From contig JAYTVF010000423.1 in assembly GCA_043744155.1 (NCBI GenBank), positions 1 through 45,311 of the forward strand: a DNA stretch of 45,311 nucleotides. The letters run 5' to 3'. This DNA is from Acidimicrobiia bacterium (lineage in GTDB: Bacteria; Actinomycetota; Acidimicrobiia; Acidimicrobiales; Ilumatobacteraceae). Both the position numbers and the translations under genes were made by a program. The notes under the pieces are model-generated. The model saw only the letters and a program-made list of their open reading frames with translations. It was not told where the DNA came from and did no database searches. How positions within the stretch are numbered: the stretch's first letter is position 1; each line of letters begins with the position of its first letter. Positions 41,995 to 45,311 of the stretch are shown in pieces.

Positions 41995-43560
41995 TCAGCA
42001 CACCAGGGCTTGGCCGTCAGCCCGCGATTCGCTGGCGGCCACCAGGGTGTCGCCGATCTTCCAGATGATCTGTCCACGCCCGAATGCCGACAACTCCGGC
42101 TCGACACGCACCTCGTGCCCGCGGGCTCGTAGGGCGTCGACTACTTCGGTCGCGGTACGGGGCTCGACGATGATCGATCGGCCCTCATCCCACCGCCACC
42201 GTGGCGCATCGAGCGTGGCTTGGGGATGCAGTAACTGATCGATGGTACGCACCACTACTTGCACGTGACCCTGGGGTTGCATGAATCCGCCCATCACCCC
42301 GAAGGGGCCAACCGGCTGGCCGTCACGAGTGAGGAAGCCGGGAATGATGGTGTGATACGGGCGTTTGCCGGGTGCCAGTTCGTTCGGATGCCCCGCATCG
42401 AGCGAGAAGTTCGCCCCCCGGTTCTGCAAAACGATGCCGGTGCCGGGCACGGTGATCGCTGAGCCGAATCCCTTATAGTCACTTTGGATGAAGCTCACCA
42501 TGTTGCCTTCGCCGTCGGCTGCACACAGGTACACGGTGCCGCTGCGAGGAGGATTGCCGGGTGGTGGGGTGCCAGCGGTGTCGGTGATAAGGGCACGGCG
42601 AGCCGCGGCGTAGCCCTTGTCGAGCATGCCTCGGGTGGGTACCTCCACCATCGTCGGGTCGGCGACGTAGGCCGCGGCATCGGCAAAGGCCAACTTGATG
42701 GCCTCGATCTGCAGATGCCACGACTCGACGCCCTCAGGCGGTAGGGCGGCGAGATCGAATCCCTCCAGGACGTTGAGTGCCATCAGCGCCGTGATGCCTT
42801 GCCCATTGGGAGGTATTTCCCACACGTCGAAGCCCCGATAGCTGGTGCCGATCGGGTCCACCCAGTCGCAGTGGTGAGCGGCGAAGTCTTCGGCTCGCAA
42901 CCAGCCACCGGTAGCCTGGGAGAACGCGTCGATGACTTGGGCGATCTCGCCCTGGTAGAACGACTCACCGTGTGATTTGGCAATCGCCCGTAGCGTTTCG
43001 GCCTGATCGGGCAGCCGCACGATCTCGCCGGGGCGGGGTCCTCCTTCGGGGGCGAAGGTGGTGAACCACGGCTCGAATTCGGGTCCGATGAGAGTGCGGC
43101 GGAAGTCGCGAGAGGCCGCCCGCCAGAAGCGAGAGACGATCGGACTCACCGGATACCCCGTATCGGCAAGGCTGATCGCCGGTGCGAAAAGTTTGGCGAA
43201 CGGCAGGCGACCGAACCGGTCATGCACGGCCACCCAGGCCGACACCGCCCCCGGCACCGTCACCGCCGGCCAGCCGCGGTCGGGCATCTCGGCGTGCCCT
43301 GCGGCGCGCATGGCCTGTGCGGTCAGTCGCCTTGGCGCGCGGCCCGACGCATTCAGCCCGTGCAATGCGCCCTCGGCCCAGATCAGCGCGAACGCATCGG
43401 AGCCGATGCCGTTCGACGTCGGTTCCACCACCGTCAACGCTATGGCCGTAGCCAGCGCGGCGTCGATGGCGTTGCCACCCTGCTGCAACATGGACATGCC
43501 CGCCTGAGCCGCCAAAGGCTGAGACGCACACACCGCCCCGTTGCGCCCCATCATCGACAT
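41995..43560 (-). CDS. ggt: Gamma-glutamyltransferase family protein
   Basis: Internal ATG 43560 (MSMMGRNGAVCASQPLAAQAGMSMLQQGGNAIDAALA...). Autoprocessing Thr context SGTVYLCAAD. GGFMQPQG near the C-terminus. Confidence 0.9.
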   Translation of the reverse strand: MSMMGRNGAVCASQPLAAQAGMSMLQQGGNAIDAALATAIALTVVEPTSNGIGSDAFALIWAEGALHGLNASGRAPRRLTAQAMRAAGHAEMPDRGWPAVTVPGAVSAWVAVHDRFGRLPFAKLFAPAISLADTGYPVSPIVSRFWRAASRDFRRTLIGPEFEPWFTTFAPEGGPRPGEIVRLPDQAETLRAIAKSHGESFYQGEIAQVIDAFSQATGGWLRAEDFAAHHCDWVDPIGTSYRGFDVWEIPPNGQGITALMALNVLEGFDLAALPPEGVESWHLQIEAIKLAFADAAAYVADPTMVEVPTRGMLDKGYAAARRALITDTAGTPPPGNPPRSGTVYLCAADGEGNMVSFIQSDYKGFGSAITVPGTGIVLQNRGANFSLDAGHPNELAPGKRPYHTIIPGFLTRDGQPVGPFGVMGGFMQPQGHVQVVVRTIDQLLHPQATLDAPRWRWDEGRSIIVEPRTATEVVDALRARGHEVRVEPELSAFGRGQIIWKIGDTLVAASESRADGQALVC

Positions 43561-43725
43561 ACGGCTCAGCGGCGTCGGTTGGGAGATGTAGTCAGAGAGC
43601 CTCACCCACGGGGACTGTAGCCCGGCACGTTCACATGGCGTCGGTCGTTCGATTTCCTCGATGACTGCCCTCACCTGATCGGCAGCACAGAAACCGTGAC
43701 ACACCCCTGCCGTAGAGTCCGAGGC

Positions 43726-45311
43726 ATGTTGACCACCGCGGATGAGGCTGACCGTCACCTGAGCGCAGTGTTGGCCGCTTTGGCTGGGTCCGGGGCTGTT
43801 GCGCGGGCCGATCAGTCCGAGGCGGTACGGGCACTGGTGGTCGATAGGGCACGGGTACTGGTCGTGCAGGCCACCGGCTGGGGGAAATCGGCCGTGTACT
43901 GGGCTGCCACCTCGGCCCTGCGGGCGTCAGGGTTGGGTCTCACGCTGGTCGTCTCACCCTTACTGGCGCTGATGCGTGATCAGATCAGTGCGGCTCAGCG
44001 GGCAGGGTTGCGGGCCGCAACGGTCAATTCGACCAACATCGACGAGTGGGATGAGGTCTTGGCGTCGGTCGATAGCGGTGCGCTCGATGTGCTGCTGGTG
44101 TCACCCGAGCGGTTGGCCAATCCTCGCTTTGCCGCTCGCCTTCCCAAGTTGCTCGCCGGTACTGGCATGGTCGTCATCGATGAGGCCCATTGCATCTCTG
44201 ATTGGGGCTTCGATTTCCGCCCCGATTATCAGCGTCTGGCTCGACATCTGCTCACGCTGGCTCCCGGTACGCCCGTGTTGGCCACGACAGCGACCGCGAA
44301 TACGCGAGTCGTCGAAGACGTCGCCGGTCAACTCGGCGATGGCACCGTCACCTTTCGCGGCAGTCTGGCCCGCACCTCACTACAGCTTTCGGTGGTCGGC
44401 GGTCTCGGTTCGCTACAACGCTGGGCGTGGGTAGCCGACGCGCTCGGTCAGACCGATGGTTCGGGCATCGTGTATGCCCTAACGGTGGCCGAAACCGAGC
44501 GACTGGCGGCATTCCTGGCTTCGATGGGGCACCGGGTGATGGCCTACTCGGGGCGCCTGGAACCCTCAGCGCGCATCCAAGTAGAAGATCAGTTGCGGGC
44601 AAATGAGTTGAAAGCGGTGGTGGCAACATCTGCCTTGGGGATGGGCTACGACAAGCCTGACCTGGCCTTTTGCATCCACGTCGGCTCACCGGCGTCGCCT
44701 GTTGCCTATTACCAGCAGATCGGTCGAGCGGGCCGTGCCCTCTACAACGCGCTCGGGGTGCTGTTGCCATCGGAGAGCGACGAAGCCATTTGGGAGTACT
44801 TCGCCACCGCGTCCATCCCCGACCCGGCCCATGTCGAGCGTGTGCTCGGTGTGCTGACCAACGGCCCCGCCTCGCTCGCCGGCTTGGAGCACGCCACCGG
44901 TGTGCGTCGTACCCGGCTGGATGCCTTGCTCCGTCTGCTGGCCGCCGATGAGGTTGTCGAAAAGCAGGGCACCGAATGGGCTGCGACCGGGCGACCCTAC
45001 CGACACGACACTGCGAAATGGTCGGCGCTTCGCACGATGCGGAATACCGAAGCCAACGTGATGCGCAGCTACGCCGCCGGGTCGGGTTGCCTCATGCAGT
45101 TCCTGCAGATTGCTCTCGATGACCCGGATCCGACGCCATGTGGACGTTGCTCGTTCTGCACCGGCCACCTGCCGGCACCCGGACGACAGCCTGCAGCCGA
45201 GACGGTACTGGCCGCGCAACGCTTCGCCCGGGGCTCGACGGTCGTGCTGGAACCCCGCAAGCTCTGGCCTTCGGGTATCTCTGGGCGAAAGGGTCGCATC
45301 ATTGGTTGCGA
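43726..45311 (+). CDS. RecQ-family ATP-dependent DNA helicase (3' end beyond the window)
   Basis: Not in the ORF track because there is no stop in the window. Manual translation from ATG 43726: MLTTADEADRHL...VVQATGWGKSAVYW (motif I), LLVSPERL, VVIDEAHCISDWGFDFRPDY (DEAH), LATTATAN, ATSALGMGYDKPD, YYQQIGRAGR (motif VI), CGRCSFC. Confidence 0.85.
   Translation, partial: MLTTADEADRHLSAVLAALAGSGAVARADQSEAVRALVVDRARVLVVQATGWGKSAVYWAATSALRASGLGLTLVVSPLLALMRDQISAAQRAGLRAATVNSTNIDEWDEVLASVDSGALDVLLVSPERLANPRFAARLPKLLAGTGMVVIDEAHCISDWGFDFRPDYQRLARHLLTLAPGTPVLATTATANTRVVEDVAGQLGDGTVTFRGSLARTSLQLSVVGGLGSLQRWAWVADALGQTDGSGIVYALTVAETERLAAFLASMGHRVMAYSGRLEPSARIQVEDQLRANELKAVVATSALGMGYDKPDLAFCIHVGSPASPVAYYQQIGRAGRALYNALGVLLPSESDEAIWEYFATASIPDPAHVERVLGVLTNGPASLAGLEHATGVRRTRLDALLRLLAADEVVEKQGTEWAATGRPYRHDTAKWSALRTMRNTEANVMRSYAAGSGCLMQFLQIALDDPDPTPCGRCSFCTGHLPAPGRQPAAETVLAAQRFARGSTVVLEPRKLWPSGISGRKGRIIGC

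Overview
High-GC, actinobacterium-like chromosomal window with a mosaic layout. Ordinary metabolic and transport genes are a Liv-type ABC transporter, GGT, AKR, an F420/LLM oxidoreductase, an OCD plus PLP-dehydratase pair, an aminotransferase, an APC permease and an RlmM-like methyltransferase. They are interleaved with accessory and signalling modules and with gene debris: IS remnants, a frameshifted ABC ATPase, amidohydrolase and amidase fragments, and low-GC patches. Two loci look like conflict or sensing systems that are not textbook. (1) 30-4738 (+) is a four-gene cassette with overlapping stops and starts (11, 4 and 4 nt). It encodes a double zinc-ribbon protein, two unknowns, and a fusion of a Lon (S16)-like Ser/Lys protease domain, one TM helix and an FGE/SUMF1-like domain. 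(2) 25083-29892 (-) is a three-gene operon: a TIR protein, a Cys-rich lipoprotein, and a 1116-aa STAND P-loop NTPase with a hydrophobic helix and WD40 repeats. The C-terminal tail of the TIR protein and the N-terminus of the STAND protein share a 21-residue motif, SSVV[IF]G[ND]GAxI[ST]GSx[IV]AGRDV, which is conserved at protein level but not at DNA level. This is the layout expected for a homotypic, possibly amyloid-type, NLR-to-effector signalling pair. Other features are two ECF sigma/anti-sigma modules, a VapBC toxin-antitoxin pair, an S8 peptidase translationally coupled to a degenerate GGDEF protein (GLATF, with an intact RxxD I-site), a TetR regulator, two paralogous beta-lactamase-fold hydrolases converging on a low-GC insert, several tandem-repeat tracts, and a RecQ-family helicase that runs off the right edge and is absent from the ORF track. 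I recognised no rRNA, tRNA or CRISPR array. All calls come from reading the translations and sequence by eye. No database search was run.
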